NCBI RefSeq assembly: GCF_000013905.1
Contig: NC_007969.1
Coordinates: 1,950,001-1,982,000, forward strand
Origin: Psychrobacter cryohalolentis K5
Lineage (GTDB): Bacteria > Pseudomonadota > Gammaproteobacteria > Pseudomonadales > Moraxellaceae
Direction of reading: 5' to 3'
Length of the DNA: 32,000 nt
Part shown: one piece after another, positions 19,488 to 29,457 of the stretch
How the letters are laid out: each line of letters opens with the position of its first letter
How positions within the stretch are numbered: the first letter of the stretch is position 1
Notes under the pieces: generated by a model
The model's input: the letters and a program-made list of their open reading frames with translations, nothing else
What the model was told of the DNA's origin: nothing
Database searches by the model: none
Translations under genes and position numbers: made by a program

Positions 19488-19589
19488 ATCTGGCGTTCTA
19501 TACTGTCCTATGAATCTATCCTAATCCATGCACTTTGAGTATACTGTCAAGTATACCGAGTTTTGAGTCTACTCATGGAGACGTAGGAT

Positions 19590-20936
19590 ATGGAAAGAAA
19601 AGCGATCAGTTCAGACCGAAGCATTAGCAGTCATAAACCTGAAGATAAGAAGTACTTCGTTGCTGTCAAAAATCATCCCAAACTCTTCTTAATGGTGCGT
19701 CCTACTGAAACCAAATCATGGATGTATCGCTATTACCCACCTTCAAACCCCAAACAAAGTATTATCTCCATCGGTATATATCCAAGTATCTCATATGCTC
19801 GTGCCTGTGAAGTTTGGCGTGAGTATGAAGATCTTTTAAGCAAAGGCATTGATCCTAAAATCCACCGTGAAGATATAAAGAAAAGTTTTATTAGTAAAAC
19901 TAAAAACTCTTTTAATCACTTTGCTTGGGAATACTTCGATACTCTTGAACAGAGTCAAAAAGGTAATACGCTCATTCGTAAGAAGGGTCGCTTGGAGCTT
20001 ATATGCTCCTACATAGGTAATGAGCCAATTAGTGAAATTGGCTCTCCTAGAATGCTTGAAGTGCTTTTAGATATTCAAGCCAAGTCTTTAAATAAAGACG
20101 ACAAGCCTACTGACAAAGCTGAACGCTGCGCAGGCATCGCTAGTGATGTATTTGTTTATGCTAATGCTCGTGGGTTTTGTAGTAGCAACCCTGCGGCGCT
20201 TATTAAAAGCCAATTAGCTAAATCTAGTTACGGTCATCGTCCAGCTGTTACCAAGCCGAAAGACTTAGCCAAGTTACTACGAGCTATTGAAACGATAGAG
20301 GGTGATCCAAACACCATTAACTCCCTTAGGCTATTAGCGCTTCTCTTTGTTCGCAATGGTGATTTAAGACGTATGTGCTGGATTGATCTAGACCTAGAGG
20401 CTGGCAGGTGGCGGTTAAAGCCATTGAAAGGACAAGGCAAGGTAAATATGGTCAAGGACATGGTTGTTCCCCTACCTCGTCAAGCCGTAGCTATATTGCG
20501 TGAGCAACAAAAGATTAATGGGCATACCAAGTATGTCTTTTTTAGCCAGACGGCAAAAAAGCATCAGATCATATCTGACGCTACTGCTAATAAGCGTTTA
20601 AAGGATTTAGGCTATAAAGACATACATTGTGCTCATGGCTTTAGAGCGACAGCGAAGACCATCCTACAAGAGCAGTTAAAGTATCCGCTTGTTCTTGTTG
20701 AGATGGCTTTAGGTCATACTACTAAAGACCCTAATGGAACTGCTTACGGTCGGTTTGAATACATCGACGATCGTAGCGACATGATGCAGAAATGGGCAGA
20801 CTATCTAGATGCTTTACGAGAAGGTAGAGATACGGCAAAGTTTAAAGCAGATGCAGAAGATAAAGCTAATCCTACCACCCAGCTGCAAGCATTGATCGCC
20901 CAGCTAGGAAAGGATAAGGTTTTAGAGCTATTGTAG
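19590..20936 (+). CDS. Tyrosine recombinase / site-specific integrase, P4-like, with an N-terminal arm-type (DUF4102-like) DNA-binding domain
   Basis: 448 aa. The N-terminal ...FLMVRPTETKSWMYRYY...IGIYPSISYARACEVWREYEDLLSKGIDP matches the P4-integrase arm domain. The catalytic signature has VRNGDL (Arg), HGFRATAKT (HxxR), LGH and AYGRFEY (Tyr). Confidence 0.9.
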   Translation: MERKAISSDRSISSHKPEDKKYFVAVKNHPKLFLMVRPTETKSWMYRYYPPSNPKQSIISIGIYPSISYARACEVWREYEDLLSKGIDPKIHREDIKKSFISKTKNSFNHFAWEYFDTLEQSQKGNTLIRKKGRLELICSYIGNEPISEIGSPRMLEVLLDIQAKSLNKDDKPTDKAERCAGIASDVFVYANARGFCSSNPAALIKSQLAKSSYGHRPAVTKPKDLAKLLRAIETIEGDPNTINSLRLLALLFVRNGDLRRMCWIDLDLEAGRWRLKPLKGQGKVNMVKDMVVPLPRQAVAILREQQKINGHTKYVFFSQTAKKHQIISDATANKRLKDLGYKDIHCAHGFRATAKTILQEQLKYPLVLVEMALGHTTKDPNGTAYGRFEYIDDRSDMMQKWADYLDALREGRDTAKFKADAEDKANPTTQLQALIAQLGKDKVLELL

Positions 20937-21113
20937 AAGAATAAATAGCTCATATTAAACTTTCTTTGAAGCACTCACTTTTAAAAGTATTGAATTATAT
21001 ATCATATACGAAAAGGCTATTTTCTATTTAGAACCACCAGTGACGAATATTTAAGCGATGAATTATGTCAGATCATTATTACGATATAGTCTAGTTACTT
21101 TAAAAACGATACA

Positions 21114-21184
21114 GTACTGCTAGAATGAATTTTTTGAAGCCTCTGGAGCGCACAGCAAACGAGGAAAATTCATACCAGTAGTAC
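21114..21184. repeat. Intergenic imperfect-palindrome repeat element, copy 3 of 3 (same orientation as copy 2), inside the island
   Basis: Arm gtactgctagaatgaatttt (21114-21133) pairs with aaaattcataccagtagtac (21165-21184) with 3 mismatches in 20. It shares GCCTCTG, CACAGCAA, GAAAATT and ATACCAGTAGTAC with copy 2, and its core is ~6 nt shorter. Confidence 0.7.
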
Positions 21185-21227
21185 GTCGCTACTAACGTAT
21201 CGATTTTATTTGGTACAGACTATACTA

Positions 21228-23327
21228 TTAATAAACACTTTCGCCCATCTGCTTTTCCAAGCCCTGTCTAATAAGCCCCATTACATAGGGTAAATCAGAA
21301 ATATCGCTCAGCCCAATCTCAGCATCACCATTACCCCAGCGACCAAGACTGCTAACATCTCTAGCCATTTCTTTAGGATCATTTAGCTCATGAAAACGTA
21401 GGTTAATAGATAATCTCAATTTGCTTTTTAGTGGCACTACATCAACAAAATTAGTTTCTGCTTTGAATGCGACATATAGCTTTAAGATATCTTCAGTAAC
21501 GCTAGGATCAAGAGCCATTACTTCTTTACGAAGCTGCTGAAAGAGATCATACATTGGCGCATCTTCAGCAAGATGAACATGGTCTGCCAGCGTATAGCCT
21601 TCATGCTGTAAAGGTATATCAATATAAGCCTGTAATATACTCTCTGGTAAATGAGGTGCCACCCATACTTCAATAGCGCGATTGGCAAGTTTTCTAGCTC
21701 TCGCGCTAATTGCGCTTTCATTCCATACGCTACAGCTTCTTAGATCTTCGTTAAGTACAAGTGGACTATTTTTAAAACCACCTGTCATATCACGCTTTTC
21801 AATAAATGGGCGGTCACTGTACTCAGAGTTATAACCAGTTAGTGTTAGGTTGCCAAGTGTATGCAAATAGGTTGCATGCACTTGTTGCCAGTCAGCGCCA
21901 AGCTCTTCTTGCCACTGCTTCGAAAGCCTTTCATTCTGAGGCATGATATGCTCAATAGTATATTCATCTACTAAAACATGCTCTTTGCGCTCAAAATTCT
22001 CGAAACGACGTAACCAGTAAGTGCGGCTACGGAAGTTATATAAGTCACGAATAACGAGTTCACGCTTAAATTCATCGTCATTTGGGAATCTTTTATAAGA
22101 ACGTAATCCGATCAAGTGAGCTTTGATACTCTCTAAATAACGATCTTTATCAAGCGCTTTATGAAAAGTTGCAAAGGTTTTATTTAATGAATTTGTAGGG
22201 ATTGCACATACCGCACGACGGAAAACATACGATTCAATCAGGCGTACCGCATTATAGAAGTCATCTTTGCTAAGCTGTTCTAGACTATAGTCATGATAAA
22301 GTTCAAGTAAGAAAGGATAAGCAACATCAACTTTGAGCTCACGCAAATCTTTAAATGCCACTGCTAGTTGTTTATCAGTTTCTTTGTCTAGTGCCATTGC
22401 ACAGAAGTATTTAGCGAAAGAGTGAATGTCGGCAACCAGTTGATCTACATTTGATCCTTTTGCTTCAAGTCTTTGAGCATGCTGTTTAAAGGCCTCATAT
22501 ACACCATCAAGCCTAGGAATATCACCTGTTTTTACCGTCAAATAGTGACGCATAAAGCTATCGAAGTAATCACCATAGCTCTCCTGACCAAACTCGACCT
22601 CCATAGGCCGCCAATGGTCATAATAGAGATCAGCTTGATGATCTGGCTCCAACCCCATCAATACAAAGTTGCGAATTAAATCAGCTTGGCTCAGTGCTTT
22701 GCCAGTAGAGTTCATGCTCTCAAAAATCAACTGTGGATTATCTTGATCTCGACTCAAAGCAATATCAACAATAATTACCTTTGCTAGACCACGGCAGAGC
22801 TGCTCTAAATTGCCATTTAGTTTTGCTATCTGTGTATCAAAGAAATCGAAGTTCTCTTTAATTCGTAAAGAGAACTTCTGTGGCAGTGACTTTTGTGTCA
22901 CTAGGGATAAGAAACTATCTTTGTCAGTCTGCGTTAAAATCAGTTTATATCCACGCTCACCGTCTTCTAATGGATTTAGCAGATAGTAATTGCGCAGTTT
23001 TTTAGCAGAGAATCCCTCAACAGGTTCAGTATCGCCAAGGTGACGAGATAAAGCTTCTAAAAGAAGCATAGCTGTTGTTAATCTTTGCTGACCATCAATT
23101 ACCAGTAAAGGTGACTGGCTAGAAACCTGATATAAGCCCTTCTCGATATAAACTACAGAGCCAATAAAATGAGCCCCAACAGCATCATTATTGCCTGCGC
23201 GCATGATATCATCCCACAATTGACGGCACTGCTGTTCAGTCCACGAGTAGGTGCGCTGATATATAGGAATAATAAATTGTGGTGATTTCTTTAAAAAATC
23301 GAGTAGTTTGGCTTCTGTTGCTTTCAT
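21228..23327 (-). CDS. DUF262/DUF1524 two-domain protein (GmrSD / SspE / BrxU-like putative NTPase-HNH nuclease) with an extra C-terminal domain
   Basis: 699 aa. The N-terminal FIIPIYQRTYSW and VIDGQQRLTT are DUF262 (ParB-like) signatures. The motif YTIEHIMPQ...LHTLGNLTLTGYN is the DUF1524 His-Me/HNH-like signature. About 130 further residues (...LYVAFKAETNFVDVVPLKSKLRLSINL...) form an additional C-terminal module. It starts 83 nt downstream of the pglZ stop, with GAGGA upstream of the ATG. Confidence 0.85.
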   Translation of the reverse strand: MKATEAKLLDFLKKSPQFIIPIYQRTYSWTEQQCRQLWDDIMRAGNNDAVGAHFIGSVVYIEKGLYQVSSQSPLLVIDGQQRLTTAMLLLEALSRHLGDTEPVEGFSAKKLRNYYLLNPLEDGERGYKLILTQTDKDSFLSLVTQKSLPQKFSLRIKENFDFFDTQIAKLNGNLEQLCRGLAKVIIVDIALSRDQDNPQLIFESMNSTGKALSQADLIRNFVLMGLEPDHQADLYYDHWRPMEVEFGQESYGDYFDSFMRHYLTVKTGDIPRLDGVYEAFKQHAQRLEAKGSNVDQLVADIHSFAKYFCAMALDKETDKQLAVAFKDLRELKVDVAYPFLLELYHDYSLEQLSKDDFYNAVRLIESYVFRRAVCAIPTNSLNKTFATFHKALDKDRYLESIKAHLIGLRSYKRFPNDDEFKRELVIRDLYNFRSRTYWLRRFENFERKEHVLVDEYTIEHIMPQNERLSKQWQEELGADWQQVHATYLHTLGNLTLTGYNSEYSDRPFIEKRDMTGGFKNSPLVLNEDLRSCSVWNESAISARARKLANRAIEVWVAPHLPESILQAYIDIPLQHEGYTLADHVHLAEDAPMYDLFQQLRKEVMALDPSVTEDILKLYVAFKAETNFVDVVPLKSKLRLSINLRFHELNDPKEMARDVSSLGRWGNGDAEIGLSDISDLPYVMGLIRQGLEKQMGESVY

Positions 23328-23410
23328 AATAGTGATCCTATCCTCAAATCCAACTTATCCATTGTTTTTATAGTTGTCTACTTAGCTATTAAATTATTTC
23401 AGTGATTATT

Positions 23411-25909
23411 TTAAAAATCAAAATCACTACTAAATGAACGTCTTACTGTATATTTAAGCGATTTGTATTCTTTGTAGTGAGAAGTTCCGCCTACTTTTTC
23501 TTCTAGCTTTAAAATAACCTCTTGACCGTTAAGCTCATCGATCCTACGTGTGAAAATCAAGTTTACCTGCTGCTCACGCGCGCGTGGGTTTTCTGAGCGT
23601 AAATCGAATGTCATCTCATAGCTATCTGAGATCAACTCACCTGATTCAGTGTAGACACCTACTCTCAGTACGCGAGGCTGATTTTTTTCAGTGACAGGGG
23701 TACTTTGGTATAAGCTAACGGTAAGCTCCTCTGTAGTAATTAAAGAGTTCGATCCGCGTAAAATATCCACTTCAACTGCTGTAGTATCACTTTGCCTTTT
23801 TTTATTAATGCTAACGACGGGCACGACAACTTCCTGTAATGATGCTCCGCCATGTACAAATCGACTTCCCGAGCCACTAAGTCTTAAGCGATTAATCGAC
23901 TTAGGTATCTGCACTTCAACATCACCAATTAAACCGAGCGCTTCAGAGCTAAACTTATGCAAGCTTGGTGAATCAACTAGCCCCTTACCCAGTATAAATC
24001 GACGATCTCGATATAGTATTTCTTTACCTTTGGGCTCTGCGCTCGAAAAGTCGCTCTCTTCTATGGCACGGTTTTGGTATATAAAGCCATGATCAGCCGT
24101 TATTAAAATGTTATTAGCATTAGCTGCTGCTAATTTCTTAATGATTTTCATCAAATCGCTAAGCGTCTTTTCTGCCGCTTCAAACGCTTGCCCTTCAGAG
24201 TGCATTTTATCGCCAGTATGATCAATCCGATTATGATAAATATAAATGACGTCATTAGCTTTTAACAGCTCTCGACTACCCTCTCTATTGAGCTGCATAA
24301 AATTATCGGCAGTGATCGCATCTCCTCGATCTTGCAACGCAGCTTTAAGTATCTTACTTCTGTTAGATGTCCCCTGAGAGCTTTGTCCATTCACAAGCAC
24401 TGTGCCTGAAGTGTTGTCTGCTATGGATAATGTATCGTTCGGTAGGAGCGCTGCCATACCAAGCTGAGTATAGCTAGGTAGCATAGACAACATAGGCGCT
24501 ATATCAGCACTGTAGCGATCTTCTTGACGTATTAAGCTGACTAGTTCATCCGCTATCTCATAGCGCATGGCATCTGAGATAATGACGTATATCTTGTTGT
24601 TGTTATCTAGAAACGGTTTCACCCAATGACCAAAAAAGTTATCCTGTCTGAGAATTGGCGCAGCATTCCATTGGCTTTCAGATTCTACGAATTCCTGAAA
24701 GCGATTACCTAACTTAAGCAAATAGTTATTAGAGTATATATTCTCTATTTTATCGTTGAGGTGGTTGAGAAGTGATACTTCTCCAGACTCAAGTTTGTGG
24801 TAGATAAACTTACGATAAAGTTGATCAAGCTTGTACCAAGACTGGGTATAACGCTCTACCCCTTGTACAAGGCTATCCATATCGATTTTGACTTGATTAA
24901 AAGTAGCTATAAACTGCGCTGCATTATCAAGGGCTTGATAGGTATGCTCAAACTCAGCGTACCAGTGACTCTGACGACGCTGGCGAATCCAAATAGCCAT
25001 TTGTTCAGCGGTAAAGTCACTTTGTAAGACTGCATTAGCTAGCGCGCTAATTATCTTGTTATCAATTAAGCGGAAGTAGTCTATATCGATGAGCTGTTTA
25101 AAATCTCTACTACTAAGATCATCTCTAATATCAAGATCATCAGAAAATTTATCGGATAACATCTCAAAGCTGTCTTTATATTGTCTACTGTCTTTCCAAC
25201 GTTTCAGAAATACCAAAGCATCATTGGACAGCTTTACCTGACCATCAGTTGCCATTGCATAGCTAGATTTAAAGAGTTCAATGGCAAAATCATGAATACT
25301 AGGCTCAGTAGAGTTATAGCCATAGTAGCGATTCATTTGCTCCCAGAAAAAGCCATCAAGAGCAGATCGACTAATCAGGCTCATTTTTTCACCTTTATCA
25401 TTGGCCAAGTCCTGCAACAGACTCTCAACGACTGTGTCCATTTTAGGCTCGCTCTTAGCACAAACAGCCAGCATCTTTAGCTGAACCATACCTGAGCTAT
25501 CACTGGGCTCTATAAGCTTACCTAGAGCATCTTTACGGCTTTTAGCGCGAAAGAACTCTGCATGATCTTTTAAGACCTCTGCAAACTCAATACCTAATGA
25601 TAGCTCCGAGAGCCAGATAGCAACTTGGTCAGTACGAAATTCCCCGTGAGCCAGCTGTACATCCAATAGCCAATTATCAAATAGCGCAGGCTGAGCACCT
25701 GCACGATAAAGCAGAAACTTTTGATTAGGCTGCTCGCGTATTATTTTATATTTAACACTGAACTCATTGTTATCTAGGACGATTTTTTCAATATCTTCTA
25801 GTACTAGACTGTCAAAATCATCACGCAGCTCATGCTTGGCATCGTACCAAAAAACAATACGATGTTTTTTAAAGAGCTGCTGTAATGCGTTGATGATGCG
25901 ATCATTCAT
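23411..25909 (-). CDS. pglZ: BREX type 1 alkaline-phosphatase-superfamily protein PglZ
   Basis: 832 aa. The N-terminus ...RIVFWYDAKHELRDDF...NNEFSVKYKIIREQPNQKFLLYRAG...NWLLDVQLAHGEFRTDQ is characteristic of BREX-1 PglZ. PglZ-domain motifs VIISDAMRYE and ITADHGF are present. The start overlaps the pglX stop (TAATG). Confidence 0.93.
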   Translation of the reverse strand: MNDRIINALQQLFKKHRIVFWYDAKHELRDDFDSLVLEDIEKIVLDNNEFSVKYKIIREQPNQKFLLYRAGAQPALFDNWLLDVQLAHGEFRTDQVAIWLSELSLGIEFAEVLKDHAEFFRAKSRKDALGKLIEPSDSSGMVQLKMLAVCAKSEPKMDTVVESLLQDLANDKGEKMSLISRSALDGFFWEQMNRYYGYNSTEPSIHDFAIELFKSSYAMATDGQVKLSNDALVFLKRWKDSRQYKDSFEMLSDKFSDDLDIRDDLSSRDFKQLIDIDYFRLIDNKIISALANAVLQSDFTAEQMAIWIRQRRQSHWYAEFEHTYQALDNAAQFIATFNQVKIDMDSLVQGVERYTQSWYKLDQLYRKFIYHKLESGEVSLLNHLNDKIENIYSNNYLLKLGNRFQEFVESESQWNAAPILRQDNFFGHWVKPFLDNNNKIYVIISDAMRYEIADELVSLIRQEDRYSADIAPMLSMLPSYTQLGMAALLPNDTLSIADNTSGTVLVNGQSSQGTSNRSKILKAALQDRGDAITADNFMQLNREGSRELLKANDVIYIYHNRIDHTGDKMHSEGQAFEAAEKTLSDLMKIIKKLAAANANNILITADHGFIYQNRAIEESDFSSAEPKGKEILYRDRRFILGKGLVDSPSLHKFSSEALGLIGDVEVQIPKSINRLRLSGSGSRFVHGGASLQEVVVPVVSINKKRQSDTTAVEVDILRGSNSLITTEELTVSLYQSTPVTEKNQPRVLRVGVYTESGELISDSYEMTFDLRSENPRAREQQVNLIFTRRIDELNGQEVILKLEEKVGGTSHYKEYKSLKYTVRRSFSSDFDF

Positions 25910-28900
25910 TAGCTAAGCCCCGTTACTTTCTTTAATGCTTTACCAAATTTAGGATAGTTTACTTTTACGCCATCATCTAAGTCTATGTCGATCTGTTTGG
26001 TCGCTAATGGATAGAGTACATCGCGCTCATACTCTTCCATCTCAGTAATCATTTTGGTAGTAGTTTCTAGCTTCTTTATTGCCTTTGTTTTTTCACTTTG
26101 GCTTTGACTACTACTAATTTTGATCGTATCAAGCTGGTCTTTATAAGCATTAAGCTTAGTACGGAACTCACGTAGATAGTCATTGAGCACGATACTTACC
26201 GTATCGGGCTGATAGCGATGCATGTAGATAAGCGCACTGAAGTTACCACTGGTAAATAGCCAATATATTGGACGTTTCTTATAACGTTTTACGTGATCGT
26301 CATAGAAGTCTTTTAAGAAATAGTCACGAATATCACGTGGCTTGTCATTCTTGCCAAGCGACTGTTCAATGAATTGCATATTGCTCTCATACTGCTCTTC
26401 GCCAAAAGCTACCTTAATGAATTTACGGAAGCGCTCAACAATATCGTCGCTGAACCAACCATCGTCTAAGATAGGAATAACGTTGTTTTTATCAGGCATG
26501 AAGCTTGGATCAGGTATCTGTTCAAAGTACTGCTCTATTTTGTCACCTTGATTGGCAAGTATCAGCCCAGGCTTGTCTAAGCTATAGCGACCAAACATAC
26601 AGCCGACTGCATAAGAGATCAGCTCACGCATGGTATCGGCTAGCAATAACGCCTCCAGCTCATCGTCTGTCTTGACGCCACCATAACGATAGTATGGGTT
26701 ACTGGTCAAAGTCATTTCTTTTAGCGGAACATCTGGCGTAAGCTCATCTTGTAAGCCATAAGCGTCGATAAAAATGCGGTTATTCTCTTCTTCTAAGTGT
26801 TGCATGTCATTGGTCATTTGTTGCCAATGAGTGCGTAGTCCTTTATAAGTGTCTGCTAAATTTGACTTGCGATATTTTTCTTCGAGCAGTGTTAATGTAG
26901 TAAAGTCCCATGAGGTTTCGTAAGAATCCCAATCAAACTTGCTATATTCAACTAATTTTTTCACTAACTCATTTACTCTTTTACAATTCTCTTCATCCAA
27001 CTGAATCCAAGGTAAGTTATTTATATTAACTACCTGAAAATTAAGAGTAGGATTAGTTGCTTTAAGAAATTCAAAACAAATTTTAGAACATAAATAACCT
27101 GCTGCTAAATAATAGTTATCACCTTCTGGAAAAATGCTTGATCCACCTACATCGAATATAGCCCCACCTAACGAACATCGAACACCAAAACTATTGGAGC
27201 TAATGAATGACCATGTTAATGATTTTTTAAAAAAATCTGACTCATTAGTGATTTTCCATCCTAGATTATCCCAGCTAAGCTGCGGATACTTGATAAGTGT
27301 TTCTTCTTTAATATCATAACCATCATTTTCCCAAAAAACTAAAAACTCATTGTTACCATACCAGCGACGAAACTCACCACCTTTGTTATAAGGAAACCAG
27401 CTTTTTGGTAGTTGAATATCTTGGTCAGAATTAAGATCAGAAAAGCTACATTTGATTAAAGATGTTTCATACCACAGTCGTAACCATTTGGCATTATCGC
27501 CAGTACGCATGCCTAGTTTTGCAGGAAAAACATCCTTAATTAATTCACCATTATCATAGCAGTCTATATATGGCTTACTGATCCAGTAAGTTATAGGTCT
27601 TCCTGGTATCTTCTTAAAATCGTTGGCTGAAGATTGATATAGGTTATTAAATTTCTTTTCCTCGCTAATTTCAAGTATCATCCTGTTTTTTTGAAATTCA
27701 GAATTACCATCAACTAAACGTAAGTAATTTCCCTTATAGTCAAGGTCACTCAATTTTTTCATAATAAAAGCTGTTGTTTGAACTACCTCTCCGCCAATAC
27801 TATCAAATGCTCTCGAGCCTAAATGAGCCATAGAAGTTATCGTAACTTGATTAAGAAGCTGTTCTCTCAACTCTTTAAATGAAGATAAGAACATCCAACT
27901 ATGCATAGTTATCATAGCTACTAACCCTTGATTACAAACTAAATCAAGACTTCGCTCAATGAACATAGCAAATAAATCAGACTTGCTATTTGGAAACTCT
28001 TTCTTTGCCCATGCCTTTAATCGATTATTCATGCCACTGCCACCCATATAAGGCGGGTTAGCAACAACGACATGATACTGCGGACTTAAATAATCTGCCT
28101 GCTTTAACAGCTTAAGCACTTTTTGATGCGTATGACCTAAAAATAACTGCCCTGAGACATCAGTCGCTTCCAACTGCTCTAAAATTTCAGCAACATTTTT
28201 TAGCTTTGGTCTGATCAAAGAACCAAAATTATCGACCTCATCAAACTGGCGCAGCGTTTCCTCTAAGTCAGCGGTAAATATATCACGGCCGATAAAGTCC
28301 ATATACTCATCTAACTCATCGTCATCAAAACTAATGGGCTCAAGCACACAGATATTTGGACGCACATCTGTATTGAAGAATCGACGATGACGATCTCTTG
28401 CCTTCATAGTCAATGCAAAAGCAGCCAACTCACCAGCTCGTTCATCAATCTCAATACCGTACAAGTTATGCGTTAAGATAAGCGAAGGTATGTCTGCTGC
28501 ACCATAGCCTTGCTCTTCATAGATCGCGTATAGCAGATCAAACGCATAAGTCAGCATGTGACCTGAGCCACATGCTGGATCGCAAATTTTAAGATCTTCT
28601 GGACGCGCTACCTTGAGATAATCAGAGTCATCATTATCATCAGCAGGCTTTATATAGTATTCCATGCTGTCTGCTAACTTGGACTCTGGATGATTAAGCA
28701 ACCATAATCGCCCAAGCGAGTTCTCTACCAAATAACGTACGATCCAATGTGGCGTGAATAGCTGAGTAGCCGCTGGAATATTTTCTGGTGTCACTTTCTC
28801 ATTTTTCTTTAATCTTGCAAATACATCATCTTTTTTATCTGATATGTAAAACTGATACAACCAACCAATGACTTCAACGTCTTTACAAGCGCTTGCTGGC

Positions 28901-29457
28901 ATGGCTTCACGCATATCAGTTAATACTGAGCTACTGGACAGCAAGTCATCAGGCATTAGCAACTCTGTATAGTCGTCGATACGCTGGAATAAGAATGGCA
29001 TGGACTCATGCCATTGATTACAGTATGCGACCAGTAGCAGACGATAAACTTCTGCTTCAGGATTTTGACTGGGCGCTCTGCCATTTAACAGATTGAGGAT
29101 TTGCTCACGGACTGGTTCTGATACCACTCGCTCATCAATGTCTCCAGCCTTTGCCAGCGCCAGTACTTCAGGTTGAGTATCATCGGCAGCAGCAGAGACC
29201 ACGAGGCTGCGGTTATAGCGATTCATATCCATGAAGCGAAGGGCACAGAAACGGTTGAACCAGATGTATGCGATACGCTCGACGATTTCCTGTTCGGACT
29301 GCTGCTTGATTAGCTCCTCTAGCTTTTTAACAGCGATAGGATTCTCACGTCTGGCTAAACTTTCTTCTGCGCGTACAAATTTGAGCTTAGTAGCGACTTG
29401 CTCAATCAAAGTGACACGTGCCTGTTGAGCAAATTTTTTGAGTTTGGTCGTTTCCAT
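25909..29457 (-). CDS. pglX: BREX type 1 N6-adenine DNA methyltransferase PglX
   Basis: 1182 aa. The N-terminus METTKLKKFAQQARVTLIEQV...IAYIWFNRFCALRFMDMN is typical of PglX. It has the SAM motif DPACGSGHML and the catalytic motif VVANPPYMG. The start overlaps the brxC stop (TAATG). Confidence 0.95.
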   Translation of the reverse strand: METTKLKKFAQQARVTLIEQVATKLKFVRAEESLARRENPIAVKKLEELIKQQSEQEIVERIAYIWFNRFCALRFMDMNRYNRSLVVSAAADDTQPEVLALAKAGDIDERVVSEPVREQILNLLNGRAPSQNPEAEVYRLLLVAYCNQWHESMPFLFQRIDDYTELLMPDDLLSSSSVLTDMREAMPASACKDVEVIGWLYQFYISDKKDDVFARLKKNEKVTPENIPAATQLFTPHWIVRYLVENSLGRLWLLNHPESKLADSMEYYIKPADDNDDSDYLKVARPEDLKICDPACGSGHMLTYAFDLLYAIYEEQGYGAADIPSLILTHNLYGIEIDERAGELAAFALTMKARDRHRRFFNTDVRPNICVLEPISFDDDELDEYMDFIGRDIFTADLEETLRQFDEVDNFGSLIRPKLKNVAEILEQLEATDVSGQLFLGHTHQKVLKLLKQADYLSPQYHVVVANPPYMGGSGMNNRLKAWAKKEFPNSKSDLFAMFIERSLDLVCNQGLVAMITMHSWMFLSSFKELREQLLNQVTITSMAHLGSRAFDSIGGEVVQTTAFIMKKLSDLDYKGNYLRLVDGNSEFQKNRMILEISEEKKFNNLYQSSANDFKKIPGRPITYWISKPYIDCYDNGELIKDVFPAKLGMRTGDNAKWLRLWYETSLIKCSFSDLNSDQDIQLPKSWFPYNKGGEFRRWYGNNEFLVFWENDGYDIKEETLIKYPQLSWDNLGWKITNESDFFKKSLTWSFISSNSFGVRCSLGGAIFDVGGSSIFPEGDNYYLAAGYLCSKICFEFLKATNPTLNFQVVNINNLPWIQLDEENCKRVNELVKKLVEYSKFDWDSYETSWDFTTLTLLEEKYRKSNLADTYKGLRTHWQQMTNDMQHLEEENNRIFIDAYGLQDELTPDVPLKEMTLTSNPYYRYGGVKTDDELEALLLADTMRELISYAVGCMFGRYSLDKPGLILANQGDKIEQYFEQIPDPSFMPDKNNVIPILDDGWFSDDIVERFRKFIKVAFGEEQYESNMQFIEQSLGKNDKPRDIRDYFLKDFYDDHVKRYKKRPIYWLFTSGNFSALIYMHRYQPDTVSIVLNDYLREFRTKLNAYKDQLDTIKISSSQSQSEKTKAIKKLETTTKMITEMEEYERDVLYPLATKQIDIDLDDGVKVNYPKFGKALKKVTGLS

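Noticed and set aside
21228-23327. Whether this 699-aa gene is simply a divergent BrxL, given its similar size and position
   Set aside because: It carries DUF262 (DGQQR) and DUF1524 (EHIxP...GNL) signatures. I could see none of the ATPase/Lon-protease-like features expected of BrxL.
21518-29428. Small ORFs inside or antisense to the GmrSD-like gene, pglZ and pglX (for example 21518..21721, 22473..22679, 23691..24092, 24797..25027, 25181..25480, 26342..26551, 27134..27319, 28893..29096, 29231..29428)
   Set aside because: They are nested within long, motif-supported genes, and AT-rich antisense strands readily give such ORFs. Nothing indicates independent translation signals.
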